Positions 8,903-18,129 of a stretch of DNA of 47,047 nucleotides are shown in pieces. A model generated the notes under the pieces. It was not told the DNA's origin. It ran no database searches and worked only from the letters and a program-made list of their open reading frames with translations. Each line of letters begins with the position of its first letter. Position 1 is the first letter of the stretch. A program made the translations under genes and the position numbers. Location: IMG/VR virus record IMGVR_UViG_2872703611_000004; one strand, 5' to 3'. Source of the stretch: a virus. Its lineage: Duplodnaviria; Heunggongvirae; Uroviricota; Caudoviricetes.

Positions 8903-9553
8903 TTATGGAAGGTTTGCTATTTTTGCATCGACAACTACACCGATGATTTTGCAGTTCCCGTTGATCTCAATCATCGGATATTGTGGGTTAAGTGGTTTTA
9001 GAAACCTTCTGCCAGCATCAATAACTAACTTCTTGAAAGTTGCCTCGTTTTCTCCTTCGAGCTTTGCCACTACCAGCTTCCCATTACGAGGTTCTACTTC
9101 AGGATCGACTAGTATTATCATCCCTTCCGGGATGCTAAGACCGGCTGGAGCCGTCATCGAATCACCCTTTACGTCCAGCCAAAACGAATCTTCTGAACAA
9201 TCTACGGTTGTATCGTACCAGTTATCTATTGCACGCTTATGATATGGCTCTACAGCTTCCATCCAACATCCTGCGCTTACCCAACTAATTAGAGGATACG
9301 AACCTCTTGGATCATGCCTGCTGTGATAGGCAATGTTTGAAAGACTATCTTCTCCTTTCAACAAGTAATCAGGGGAGCACTGTAAAGCCTTGGCTAAAGC
9401 CAATAGGTTTTCGCCATTGGGCTCAGTTTCAGAACGCTCCCATTGGGAAATAGCAACATTAGACACGCCAACCATCTTGCCAAGGGCAGCCTGCCTAATC
9501 TTAAGTTCTTTTCTGCGAGCGCGAATACGCTCACCCATCAGTTGTGTATTCAT
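8903..9553 (-). CDS. c2: Phage repressor, P22 C2 type (N-terminal HTH, C-terminal LexA-like S24 autopeptidase domain)
   Basis: 216 aa MNTQLMGERIRARRKELKIRQAALGKMVGVSNVAISQWERSETEPNGENLLALAKALQCSPDYLLKG...; near-identical to P22 C2 from memory; Ala-Gly site and GDSM...K motif present. Confidence 0.93.
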   Translation of the reverse strand: MNTQLMGERIRARRKELKIRQAALGKMVGVSNVAISQWERSETEPNGENLLALAKALQCSPDYLLKGEDSLSNIAYHSRHDPRGSYPLISWVSAGCWMEAVEPYHKRAIDNWYDTTVDCSEDSFWLDVKGDSMTAPAGLSIPEGMIILVDPEVEPRNGKLVVAKLEGENEATFKKLVIDAGRRFLKPLNPQYPMIEINGNCKIIGVVVDAKIANLP

Positions 9554-9633
9554 AGTTAAGACATCTTAAATAAACTTGACTTAAGATTCCTTTGATAGAT
9601 AATTTAAGTGTTCTTTAATTTCGGGGCGAGTCT
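9554..9633. promoter_or_regulatory. OR operators with divergent PRM and PR promoters
   Basis: Operator-like 18-mers AGTTAAGACATCTTAAAT (9554-9571) and ATTTAAGTGTTCTTTAAT (9602-9619) with a third site between; PR -35 TTGACT (9576-9581) and -10 GATAAT. Confidence 0.7.
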
Positions 9634-9819
9634 ATGTACAAGAAAGATGTTATCGACCACTTCGGAACCCAGCGTGCGGTAGCTAAAGCGTTAGGCATTA
9701 GCGATGCAGCAGTCTCTCAGTGGAAGGAAGTCATCCCAGAGAAAGACGCCTATCGACTGGAAGTCGTTACAGCTGGCGCCCTGAAGTATCAAGAAAGTGC
9801 TTATCGCAAAGCGGCATAA
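9634..9819 (+). CDS. cro: Cro, P22 type
   Basis: 61 aa MYKKDVIDHFGTQRAVAKALGISDAAVSQWKEVIPEKDAYRLEVVTAGALKYQESAYRKAA. Confidence 0.93.
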   Translation: MYKKDVIDHFGTQRAVAKALGISDAAVSQWKEVIPEKDAYRLEVVTAGALKYQESAYRKAA

Positions 9820-9826
9820 GCAAATT

Positions 9827-9869
9827 GCTCTTTAACAGTCATGGTCCTTATTCCCGCCGAAATGCGGGA
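9827..9869 (+). promoter_or_regulatory. nutR: boxA (9827-9838) and boxB hairpin (9852-9869)
   Basis: TGCTCTTTAACA followed 13 nt later by TCCCGCCGAAATGCGGGA, just after the cro stop. Confidence 0.7.
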
Positions 9870-9927
9870 ATACAACGCGCATCAGTTGGTGCGTATAACT
9901 TCTTATTTGTTAAGGAAATACTTACAT

Positions 9928-10206
9928 ATGCAACTTACAAGTACTCGCAAGAAAGCGAATGCAATCACAAGCAACATCCTGAATCGAATTGCTGTACGTG
10001 GTCAGCGAAAGGTTGCTGATGCATTAGGGATTAATGAATCGCAAATTTCGCGATGGAAAGACAGCTTTATCCCAAAGATGGCCATGCTTCTGGCTGTGCT
10101 GGAGTGGGGTGTTGAAGACGAGGAATTAGCAAAGCTAGCAAAGAAAGTAGCCATGGTGCTGACAAAAGAAAAGCCTCAAGACTGCTGCAACAGTTTTGAG
10201 GCCTGA
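9928..10206 (+). CDS. c1: CII-type lysogeny establishment activator (P22 C1 type)
   Basis: 92 aa from internal ATG with SD AAGGA: MQLTSTRKKANAITSNILNRIAVRGQRKVADALGINESQISRWKDSFIPKMAMLLAVLEWGVEDEELAKLAKK... Confidence 0.85.
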   Translation: MQLTSTRKKANAITSNILNRIAVRGQRKVADALGINESQISRWKDSFIPKMAMLLAVLEWGVEDEELAKLAKKVAMVLTKEKPQDCCNSFEA

Positions 10207-10240
10207 TGTAGAAAGACTGGATCAATCCACAGGAGTCATT

Positions 10241-11140
10241 ATGACAAATACAGCAAAAATACTCAACTTCGGCAGAGGTAACTTTGCCGGACAGGAGCGT
10301 AATGTGGCAGATCTCGATGATGGTTACGCCAGACTATCAAATATGCTGCTTGAGGCTTATTCAGGCGCAGATCTGACCAAGCGACAGTTTAAAGTGCTGC
10401 TTGCCATTCTGCGTAAAACCTATGGGTGGAATAAACCAATGGACAGAATCACCGATTCTCAACTTAGCGAGATTACAAAGTTACCTGTCAAACGGTGCAA
10501 TGAAGCCAAGTTAGAACTCGTCAGAATGAATATTATCAAGCAGCAAGGCGGCATGTTTGGACCAAATAAAAACATCTCAGAATGGTGTATCCCTCAAAAC
10601 GAGGGAAAATCCCCTAAAACGAGGGATAAAACATCCCTCAAATTGGGGGATTGCTATCCCTCAAAACAGGGGGACACAAAAGACACTATTACAAAAGAAA
10701 AAAGAAAAGATTATTCGTCCGAGAATTCTGGCGAATCCTCTGACCAGCCAGAAAACGATCTTTCTGTGGTTAAACCGGATGCTGCAATTCAGAGCGGCAG
10801 TAAGTGGGGAACAGCAGAAGACCTGACCGCCGCAGAGTGGATGTTTGACATGGTGAAGACCATCGCGCCATCAGCCAGAAAACCGAATTTTGCTGGGTGG
10901 GCTAACGATATCCGCCTGATGCGTGAACGTGACGGACGTAACCACCGCGATATGTGTGTGCTTTTCCGCTGGGCCTGCCAGGACAACTTCTGGTCCGGTA
11001 ACGTGCTGAGTCCGGCCAAACTCCGCGACAAGTGGACCCAGCTCGAAATCAACCGTAACAAGCAACAGGCTGGCGTGACAGCCGGAAAACCAAAACTCGA
11101 CCTGACAAACACTGACTGGATTTACGGGGTGGATCTATGA
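10241..11140 (+). CDS. O: Lambda replication initiator O
   Basis: 299 aa from ATG with SD AGGAGT: MTNTAKILNFGRGNFAGQERNVADLDDGYARLSNMLLEAYSGADLTKRQFKVLLAILRKTYGWNKPMDRITDSQL... Confidence 0.95.
   Translation: MTNTAKILNFGRGNFAGQERNVADLDDGYARLSNMLLEAYSGADLTKRQFKVLLAILRKTYGWNKPMDRITDSQLSEITKLPVKRCNEAKLELVRMNIIKQQGGMFGPNKNISEWCIPQNEGKSPKTRDKTSLKLGDCYPSKQGDTKDTITKEKRKDYSSENSGESSDQPENDLSVVKPDAAIQSGSKWGTAEDLTAAEWMFDMVKTIAPSARKPNFAGWANDIRLMRERDGRNHRDMCVLFRWACQDNFWSGNVLSPAKLRDKWTQLEINRNKQQAGVTAGKPKLDLTNTDWIYGVDL
10589..10715. repeat. ori-lambda: four ~18-bp iterons plus adjacent A/T-rich region inside O
   Basis: ATCCCTCAAAACGAGGGA, ATCCCCTAAAACGAGGGA, ATCCCTCAAATTGGGGGA, ATCCCTCAAAACAGGGGGA followed by ACAAAAGAAAAAAGAAAAGATTATT. 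Confidence 0.9.
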
Positions 11141-11838
11141 AAAACATCGCCGCACAGATGGTTAACTTTGACCGTGAGCAGATGCGTCGGATCGCCAACA
11201 ACATGCCGGAACAGTACGACGAAAAGCCACAGGTACAGCAGGTAGCGCAGATCATCAACGGTGTGTTCAGCCAGTTACTGGCAACTTTCCCGGCGAGTCT
11301 GGCTAACCGTGACCAGAACGAACTGAACGAAATCCGCCGCCAGTGGGTTCTGGCTTTCCGGGAAAACGGGATCACCACAATGGAACAGGTTAACGCAGGA
11401 ATGCGCGTAGCCCGTCGGCAGAACCGACCATTCCTGCCATCACCCGGGCAGTTTGTTGCATGGTGCCGGGAAGAAGCATCCGTTATCGCCGGACTGCCAA
11501 ACGTCAGCGAGCTGGTTGATATGGTTTACGAGTATTGCCGGAAGCGAGGCCTGTATCCGGATGCGGAGTCTTATCCGTGGAAATCAAACGCGCACTACTG
11601 GCTGGTTACCAACCTGTATCAGAACATGCGGGCCAATGCGCTTACTGATGCGGAATTACGCCGTAAGGCCGCAGATGAGCTTGTCCATATGACTGCGAGA
11701 ATTAACCGTGGTGAGGCGATCCCTGAACCAGTAAAACAACTTCCTGTCATGGGCGGTAGACCTCTAAATCGTGCACAGGCTCTGGCGAAGATCGCAGAAA
11801 TTAAAGCTAAGTTCGGACTGAAAGGAGCAAGTGTATGA
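11137..11838 (+). CDS. P: Lambda replication protein P (DnaB helicase loader)
   Basis: 233 aa MKNIAAQMVNFDREQMRRIANNMPEQYDEKPQVQQVAQIINGVFSQLLATFPASLANRDQNELNEIRRQWVLAFRENG... Confidence 0.95.
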   Translation: MKNIAAQMVNFDREQMRRIANNMPEQYDEKPQVQQVAQIINGVFSQLLATFPASLANRDQNELNEIRRQWVLAFRENGITTMEQVNAGMRVARRQNRPFLPSPGQFVAWCREEASVIAGLPNVSELVDMVYEYCRKRGLYPDAESYPWKSNAHYWLVTNLYQNMRANALTDAELRRKAADELVHMTARINRGEAIPEPVKQLPVMGGRPLNRAQALAKIAEIKAKFGLKGASV

Positions 11839-12008
11839 TGGGCAAAGAGGCAATTATTCATTACCTGGGGACGCACAAGAGCTTCTGTGCGCCGGACGTT
11901 GCTGCGACAACAGGTGTGACATTAACCAGCATAAATCAGGCTGCGGCAAAAATGGCGCGGGCAGGAATCCTGGTCATTGATGGTAAGGTCTGGCGAACGT
12001 TTGTTTAA
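11835..12008 (+). pseudogene. ren: Truncated ren (57 codons instead of ~96); marks a module junction
   Basis: MMGKEAIIHYLGTHKSFCAPDVAATTGVTLTSINQAAAKMARAGILVIDGKVWRTFV then stop; start overlaps the P stop; sequence after the stop is unrelated. Confidence 0.55.
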
Positions 12009-12154
12009 CGGTTAGCTACTCAGGATGATAGGGCGGGGCAAGTGAGTATGAAGCGGATTTTCAGGAATGCCATCAGAGTTTGGAAATAAAGTGGGTTTTC
12101 TAGTGGCAAGAGACTTGATAATATTTAGTTCTTTGAATCCAAGGAGATAGGGTT

Positions 12155-12649
12155 ATGAGAAAATTTATTTTAGCCTTTGTTATAAGTGCCTCGTTTACAG
12201 CAAATGCTGGTGTAGAGAAGTTAGGGCCGTGGATAACAAAGTCTGAGATAAATAAAATGACTGACCAGACTGACTTTGTGGCCCTTAATTTATCACCAGA
12301 TTCATATAACAAAGCAGGTACTGATCGTGCAACTTCACTGGTGTTGCGTTGTAGTGATAACAAAACAGATGCCTATTTATCATTCAATGATTATATGGGT
12401 TCGGACAACCCAAGAATTACAGTGCGGTTAGATGGCGGAAAGCCGGTCAAGAGTGTTTGGGGAGGTGGGGAAGGCGGTGATTCTGCATTTGCTCCACAAC
12501 CAATACAATTTATAAAGACCTTGGCTAAGCATAAAAAAGCTATTTTTGGGTTTGAACCTTATGGATCAACTATGCAAGTAGTTGAGTTTGACTTGTCTGA
12601 GATTGATAAGGTTGTGGAAAAAATTTCACAGTCTTGCAATTGGAAATGA
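12155..12649 (+). CDS. Hypothetical secreted/periplasmic protein with cleavable signal peptide; moron of unknown function
   Basis: 164 aa; SD AAGGAG 8 nt before ATG; N-terminus MRKFILAFVISASFTANA-GVEK is a signal peptide; two Cys; AT-rich; followed by a terminator. Confidence 0.7.
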   Translation: MRKFILAFVISASFTANAGVEKLGPWITKSEINKMTDQTDFVALNLSPDSYNKAGTDRATSLVLRCSDNKTDAYLSFNDYMGSDNPRITVRLDGGKPVKSVWGGGEGGDSAFAPQPIQFIKTLAKHKKAIFGFEPYGSTMQVVEFDLSEIDKVVEKISQSCNWK

Positions 12650-12666
12650 CAAAAAAATTTCATATG

Positions 12667-12693
12667 AACCCAGTTTGCGCTGGGTTTTTTATT
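12667..12693 (+). terminator. Rho-independent terminator after the secreted-protein moron
   Basis: AACCCAG-TTTGCG-CTGGGTT followed by TTTTTTATTT. Confidence 0.75.
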
Positions 12694-13684
12694 TCAGTAG
12701 CCAATAATGCATTCAAAATCTCTTACTTGAGAAACGGCCTATTTGAGATTTCAGTCGTGGCAGGATGATCAGTTGATTCGAGTATTGACGCATTTGCGTT
12801 CGGAGCGATTACAGTAGATTGTAAATAATAATGAGAAACACATAGCCACCCCGTGGTATTGAAACCATATAATGTTGGATTTGAAAACAGATCTTTTCCC
12901 ATGTATTAATAACTACATCCCCGCGAGTGATTCAAAAAGGAGGGCCCAATTTTGTCCGAGTTTTTGTATTCCCCCGCATGCCGCTGCGGAGCACTACATC
13001 TGAGTGTCTGACTAGGGGATAAAATTAGACTGGATAGTGAGAAGAAAGTGGCGCGCTAGGCTGTGCCGAGTGCTACCAGTACACCTTGGGGGTGTGCAGC
13101 TTTCGCCGAGACTGTAGTGGGTATCGGTTAATGCACGAAAAACCGAGAGGTCAGACAACCAATTTGCCGTAGGATTGTTTCCGGTGCGATACCGGTCTAC
13201 TAACTGAAAGCAATGCGAAAAAGCATAAACTCGGTCCTTCAGTCGCCCTACACACTATTTACTAAGAAGGGCTGAAGCATGGATACAATTATTACATGGA
13301 TGGGAGATCGTCTGTTGGGGGGACACAAAAATCCGATCTGCGGCAGATGGCGATCACTGGATTAACTTCCGCGATTTGTTCAACAATTTTGTACACTGAA
13401 AAATTAAAACATGGTGAGCCTATTAACCCAAACGAAGAAGAAAAACTTTATAGGCTTTGGTATGAAGGAAACGCTTGAAAGAATAAAGCACAATTAAAAC
13501 CTTTGATTTGCGATAATCAACTTGCCATAATTAAGTAATCGGAGTCTGAACAACTCCGGTGACTTCTGCGCTAAACGGGGACGTTTATGCGCACATACAA
13601 TCCAAACTATCTTCTCCTTTCACAGATGCAGAAATGCACCTGCAATTCTTTGCATCTAGCGTTTGACCTCTGCGGAGGTGAAGC

Positions 13685-14140
13685 GTGAACCTCCCACAAG
13701 ACGGCATCAAATTACATCGCGGCAACTTCACCGCTATCGGCCAGCAGATCCAGCCTTATCTGGAGGAAGGCAAATGCTTTCGCATGGTGCTTAAACCGTG
13801 GTGCGAGAGACGCAGTCTTTCCCAGAATGCACTCAGCCACATGTGGTACAGCGAAATCAGTGAATACCTCATCAGCAGGGGTAAAACGTTCGCCACTCCA
13901 GCTTGGGTAAAAGATGCTCTCAAACACACATATCTCGGTTATGAAACCAAAGACCTGGTTGATGTCGTAACCGGTGATATCACCACTATCCAGTCGTTAC
14001 GCCATACCTCCGATCTTGATACCGGAGAGATGTATGTCTTCCTGTGTAAGGTTGAAGCCTGGGCGATGAATATTGGTTGCCACCTGACTATTCCACAGAG
14101 CTGCGAGTTCCAGCTGCTGCGCGACAAGCAGGAGGCGTAA
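13685..14140 (+). CDS. ybcN: DLP12-type YbcN (DNA base-flipping protein family)
   Basis: 151 aa [62 protein letters not shown]...; matches my memory of K-12 YbcN. Confidence 0.75.
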   Translation: MNLPQDGIKLHRGNFTAIGQQIQPYLEEGKCFRMVLKPWCERRSLSQNALSHMWYSEISEYLISRGKTFATPAWVKDALKHTYLGYETKDLVDVVTGDITTIQSLRHTSDLDTGEMYVFLCKVEAWAMNIGCHLTIPQSCEFQLLRDKQEA

Positions 14141-14310
14141 TGGCTACACCGCTTATTCGTGTCATGAACGGACACATCTACAGAGTACCAAATCGTCGTA
14201 AGCGTAAACCTGAGCTGAAGCCATCCGAAATACCAACACTGCTCGGATATACCGCCAGCCTGGTTGATAAAAAATGGTTGCGACTGGCAGCAAGGAGGAG
14301 TCATGGCTGA
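14140..14310 (+). CDS. ninE: NinE
   Basis: 56 aa [56 protein letters not shown]; start overlaps the ybcN stop (TAATG). Confidence 0.7.
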   Translation: MATPLIRVMNGHIYRVPNRRKRKPELKPSEIPTLLGYTASLVDKKWLRLAARRSHG

Positions 14311-14593
14311 TTTGAGAAAAGCAGCGCGTGGTCGGGAATGCCAGGTAAGAATCCCTGGCGTATGTAATGGCAACCCTGAAACGTCTGTACTGGCACATAT
14401 CCGGCTGACTGGATTGTGCGGCACCGGTACGAAACCGCCAGACCTGATTGCCACCATTGCATGTTCTGCCTGCCACGACGAAATCGACCGCCGCACTCAT
14501 TTTGTCGATGCTGCATATGCAAAAGAATGCGCGCTGGAAGGTATGGCGAGAACACAGGTTATCTGGCTGAAAGAGGGGGTTATTAAGGCGTGA
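14303..14593 (+). CDS. ybcO: YbcO-like (DUF1364 putative nuclease, Cys-rich)
   Basis: 96 aa [64 protein letters not shown]...; SD AAGGAGGAG upstream. Confidence 0.7.
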   Translation: MADLRKAARGRECQVRIPGVCNGNPETSVLAHIRLTGLCGTGTKPPDLIATIACSACHDEIDRRTHFVDAAYAKECALEGMARTQVIWLKEGVIKA

Positions 14594-14952
14594 ATACCTA
14601 CAGCATCACATTACCCTGGCCTCCGAGCAATAATCGCTATTACCGCCATAATCGCGGGCGCACGCACGTCAGCGCAGAGGGGCAGGCATACCGCGATAAC
14701 GTCGCCCGAATCATTAAAAACGCAATGCTGGATATCGGCCTGGCTATGCCTGTGAAAATCCGCATTGAGTGCCACATGCCGGATCGCCGTCGCCGTGACC
14801 TGGATAATCTGCAAAAAGCCGCTTTTGACGCACTCACTAAAGCAGGTTTCTGGCTGGATGATGCTCAGGTCGTTGATTACCGCGTTGTGAAGATGCCTGT
14901 TACCAAAGGTGGGAGGCTGGAACTGACCATCACCGAAATGGGGAATGAATGA
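14590..14952 (+). CDS. rusA: RusA Holliday-junction resolvase
   Basis: 120 aa [98 protein letters not shown]... Confidence 0.9.
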   Translation: MNTYSITLPWPPSNNRYYRHNRGRTHVSAEGQAYRDNVARIIKNAMLDIGLAMPVKIRIECHMPDRRRRDLDNLQKAAFDALTKAGFWLDDAQVVDYRVVKMPVTKGGRLELTITEMGNE

Positions 14953-15089
14953 TGTTTGAGTTTTATATGGCAGAACGTCTTCGCCACCGCTGGGGGCGTC
15001 TGCGCTTATATCGTTTCCCCGGTTCTGTTTTGACCGATTACCGAATACTGAAGAATTACGCCAAAACCCTGACAGGAGCAGGAGTATGA
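14949..15089 (+). CDS. ylcG: YlcG-like small protein
   Basis: 46 aa [46 protein letters not shown]; overlaps the rusA stop; under track cutoff. Confidence 0.5.
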   Translation: MMFEFYMAERLRHRWGRLRLYRFPGSVLTDYRILKNYAKTLTGAGV

Positions 15090-15174
15090 AGTCAGAGATA
15101 ACAATCAACTAATACTGTTTTGTTGATTTTTGCTTGTAATTGGCGTTCTGGTCTGATTTTTGTGGAGTAAGTTG

Positions 15175-15558
15175 ATGCGTGATATTCAGATGGTTCTTGA
15201 GCGTTGGGGAGCGTGGGCGGCTAATAATCATGAAGATGTGACCTGGTCGTCCATTGCCGCCGGTTTTAAGGGATTAATTACTTCAAAAGTAAAATCTCGC
15301 CCGCAATGTTGTGACGATGACGCGATGATCATTTGCGGGTGCATGGCCCGTCTGAAAAAGAACAACAGCGATTTGCACGATTTATTAGTAGATTATTATG
15401 TAGTCGGTATGACATTCATGTCACTGGCAGGTAAGCATTGCTGCTCTGATGGTTATATCGGGAAAAGGTTACAGAAGGCTGAGGGCATAATTGAAGGGAT
15501 GTTAATGGCATTAGATATCCGGTTAGAGATGGATATCGTTGTTAATAACTCTAATTAA
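15175..15558 (+). CDS. quuD: Late-gene antiterminator Q (DLP12 QuuD type)
   Basis: 127 aa from internal ATG: [62 protein letters not shown]...; Cys-rich zinc-binding region. Confidence 0.8.
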   Translation: MRDIQMVLERWGAWAANNHEDVTWSSIAAGFKGLITSKVKSRPQCCDDDAMIICGCMARLKKNNSDLHDLLVDYYVVGMTFMSLAGKHCCSDGYIGKRLQKAEGIIEGMLMALDIRLEMDIVVNNSN

Positions 15559-15590
15559 TACGCCAATTATTTACTAAAAGTTATTAAAAA

Positions 15591-15746
15591 TGGGGCGTTG
15601 AAACGCCCCCAAAAATAAAGGGTAATATATAACAGAAGGTTTGTATAGTTAGAAGCAAGGTTGTGCTTCTAAAGGAAGTGGCTTGAGGGAGCCACTTATA
15701 TGTTGGGGAGGCAAAGCCTCCCACAACATATCTTTTAGTAATCAAA
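15591..15746 (-). ncRNA. Candidate IpeX-like sRNA / structured 3' region of nmpC: three stem-loops then a terminator hairpin with U-run on the minus strand
   Basis: Downstream of the nmpC stop on the minus strand: GC-rich hairpin 15701-15728, hairpins at 15676-15697 and 15651-15668, then GGGGCGTTGAAACGCCCC (15591-15608) followed by AUUUUUAAUAAC; a porin-regulating sRNA (IpeX) is described at the 3' end of nmpC in DLP12. Confidence 0.3.
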
Positions 15747-16829
15747 TTAGAACTGGTAAACCATACCTACAGCAACGATATCATCGGTAGCAACGCCAGA
15801 TGCTTTCGTGAAATCGCTCTTATCAATCAGGTTGATTTTGTAGTCAACAAAAGTGGACATATTTTTGTTGAAGTAATAGGTTGCACCTACATCAACATAT
15901 TCAACCAGGTCCTGATCACCCCAAACACCCAAGTCTTTTCCTTTAGAATGCAGGTAAGCAACGGATGGACGCAGGCCGAAGTCGAACTGATATTGTGCAA
16001 CAGCTTCGAAGTTTTGTGCTTTGTTGGCAATATGGTTATTACCAAAAACAGTCATGTTCTGGGTTTCAGAATAGGTGGTAGCCAGATAGATGTTGTTCGC
16101 ATCATATTTCAGACCAGCTGCCCATACTTCAGCATTTTGACCAGATGCATTCAGGCTGTTGTTACCGTAGATAACCTGATTATTAGTGCGGTCAGATTTA
16201 GCATAGGTTGCACCTACACCGAATCCTTCATACTCATAAGTAGTGGAGAAACCGAAACCATCACCATTAGCTTCAGTTACGTCAGTGCGGTCATTTTTAC
16301 CCTGATACTGAGCAGCAAAGTTCAGACCATCAACCAGACCAAAGAAGTCATTGTTACGATAAGTTGCAACACCTGTGGTGCGACCAGTCATGAATACATC
16401 TGTTTGGGTCCAGGTATCGCCACCGAATTCTGGCAGAACGTCGGTCCATGCACCAATATCGTATGCTACACCGTAGTTACGGCCATAATCGATGGAGCCG
16501 TAGTCACCGAATTTCAGGCCAGCGAAGGCAAGACGGGTTTTATCTTTGGAGGAACCTTGAGATTCAGCGCGGTTGCCTTTGAATTCATATTCCCACTGAC
16601 CGAAACCAGTCAGTTGATCGTTGATTTGGGTTTCACCTTTGAAGCCAAGACGGGCATAAGTAGTATCACCATCATCTGCATCATTAGAGGAGAAGTAGTG
16701 CTTAGCATTAACTTTCCCGTACAGATCCAGCTTGTTACTGTCTTTATTATAAATTTCAGCTGCCTGAGCAGACATCGCCATCAGTACTGATGCAGCTACA
16801 GCAGAAATTGCCACTGTTAATTTTTTCAT
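15747..16829 (-). CDS. nmpC: Intact general porin of the OmpC/OmpF/PhoE family (NmpC / Lc type), prophage-encoded
   Basis: Signal peptide [23 protein letters not shown], then AEIYNKD...; C-terminal VYQF; start taken at the Met with AGGG 8 nt upstream (track ORF extends to 16889). Confidence 0.9.
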   Translation of the reverse strand: MKKLTVAISAVAASVLMAMSAQAAEIYNKDSNKLDLYGKVNAKHYFSSNDADDGDTTYARLGFKGETQINDQLTGFGQWEYEFKGNRAESQGSSKDKTRLAFAGLKFGDYGSIDYGRNYGVAYDIGAWTDVLPEFGGDTWTQTDVFMTGRTTGVATYRNNDFFGLVDGLNFAAQYQGKNDRTDVTEANGDGFGFSTTYEYEGFGVGATYAKSDRTNNQVIYGNNSLNASGQNAEVWAAGLKYDANNIYLATTYSETQNMTVFGNNHIANKAQNFEAVAQYQFDFGLRPSVAYLHSKGKDLGVWGDQDLVEYVDVGATYYFNKNMSTFVDYKINLIDKSDFTKASGVATDDIVAVGMVYQF

Positions 16830-17256
16830 CGTGAGCCCTTTTTTTGAACTATTATTAAAAAATGATGTCACTGCGCGATAAATATTCATCTAATCAATGT
16901 GATTATTTCAAGATGTAAGTTTTGGTTTCTCATTTGATTTGTGAAGTAGATCTCTATTTTTATCTGAACTTTTTCTATCGAATCCTATTCATGGCTCTTG
17001 GCTGAATAAAAATAAATCTATTAGCCAATTTATATTAATGGCTGTTATTTATAAGTGCTCTATAATTTGAAGATTCAATTTAAACCAGCTAAAAATAACG
17101 CTGGAAATTATTTGTTGGTTATTTGTTGAGATTTGCTTATGTATTTGTAGTGGTGTTTTCAATACTCGGTAGCATTCTCGCAAATATCATTTAGTGGTTT
17201 ACGTACGTAAAAAATTGGTTATGCTGTTAAGAGTGGTTACTTCGTCACACAGCTTA

Positions 17257-17287
17257 AACCCGCCGTCGAGCGGGTTTTTCCATTTTT
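17257..17287 (+). terminator. Rho-independent terminator upstream of the holin gene (candidate tR'-equivalent)
   Basis: AACCCGC-CGTCGA-GCGGGTT followed by TTTTCCATTTTTT. Confidence 0.5.
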
Positions 17288-17416
17288 TGAGTCTCGATAT
17301 TAGCTGATAACCCAATACCTGAGTTATTCACTGACTCCGAGTCTGTTACGTTTCTGCTTTTTTGCGATACGTTGTATTCCCTCAATTTACACCCGCTTTG
17401 TCTGCGAGGTGGGGTT

Positions 17417-17632
17417 ATGAAATCCATGGATAAGTTAACAACGGGTGTCGCCTATGGCACCTCAGCAGGTAGTGCCGGTTACTGGTTTTTACAGCTGCTC
17501 GATAAAGTCACGCCCTCACAGTGGGCAGCAATAGGTGTGCTGGGTAGCCTGGTATTTGGCCTGCTGACGTACCTGACAAACCTTTATTTCAAGATTAAAG
17601 AAGATAAGCGCAAGGCTGCGAGAGGTGAATAA
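17417..17632 (+). CDS. S: Class II holin of phage 21 type (pinholin) with dual start (antiholin/holin)
   Basis: 71 aa [71 protein letters not shown]; Met1-Lys-Ser-Met4 dual-start motif; two TM segments. Confidence 0.9.
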
Positions 17633-18129
17633 TGCCTCCATCATTACGAAAAGCCGTTGCTGCTGCTATTGGTGGCGGAGCAATTGCTATAGCATCAGTG
17701 TTAATTACTGGCCCAAGTGGTAACGATGGTCTGGAAGGTGTCAGCTACATACCATACAAAGATATTGTTGGTGTATGGACTGTATGTCACGGGCATACAG
17801 GAAAAGACATCATGCTCGGTAAAACGTATACCAAAGCAGAATGCAAAGCCCTCCTGAATAAAGACCTTGCCACGGTCGCCAGACAAATTAACCCGTACAT
17901 CAAAGTCGATATACCGGAAACAATGCGCGGCGCTCTTTACTCATTCGTTTACAACGTGGGTGCTGGCAATTTCAGAACATCGACGCTTCTTCGCAAAATA
18001 AACCAGGGCGATATCAAAGGCGCATGTGATCAGCTACGTCGCTGGACATATGCTGGCGGTAAGCAATGGAAAGGTCTCATGACTCGTCGTGAGATTGAGC
18101 GTGAAATCTGTTTGTGGGGTCAGCAATGA
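17632..18129 (+). CDS. R: SAR endolysin (phage 21 R type lysozyme with N-terminal signal-anchor-release domain)
   Basis: 165 aa [82 protein letters not shown]...; Gly/Ala-rich weakly hydrophobic N-terminal helix. Confidence 0.9.
   Translation: MPPSLRKAVAAAIGGGAIAIASVLITGPSGNDGLEGVSYIPYKDIVGVWTVCHGHTGKDIMLGKTYTKAECKALLNKDLATVARQINPYIKVDIPETMRGALYSFVYNVGAGNFRTSTLLRKINQGDIKGACDQLRRWTYAGGKQWKGLMTRREIEREICLWGQQ

Noticed and set aside
14611-15108. 165-aa minus-strand ORF antisense to rusA/ylcG
   Set aside because: Overlaps RusA, which is confidently identified; no start context.
15591-15608. Hairpin downstream of Q as a plus-strand tR' terminator
   Set aside because: On the plus strand the hairpin is followed by an A-rich rather than U-rich tract; the U-run is on the minus strand, so it is better explained as the terminator of the porin/sRNA transcript.
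15948-16790. 280-aa plus-strand ORF antisense to the porin gene
   Set aside because: The minus-strand product has a signal peptide, porin-like composition and C-terminal Phe; the antisense ORF is low-complexity Ile/Val-rich.
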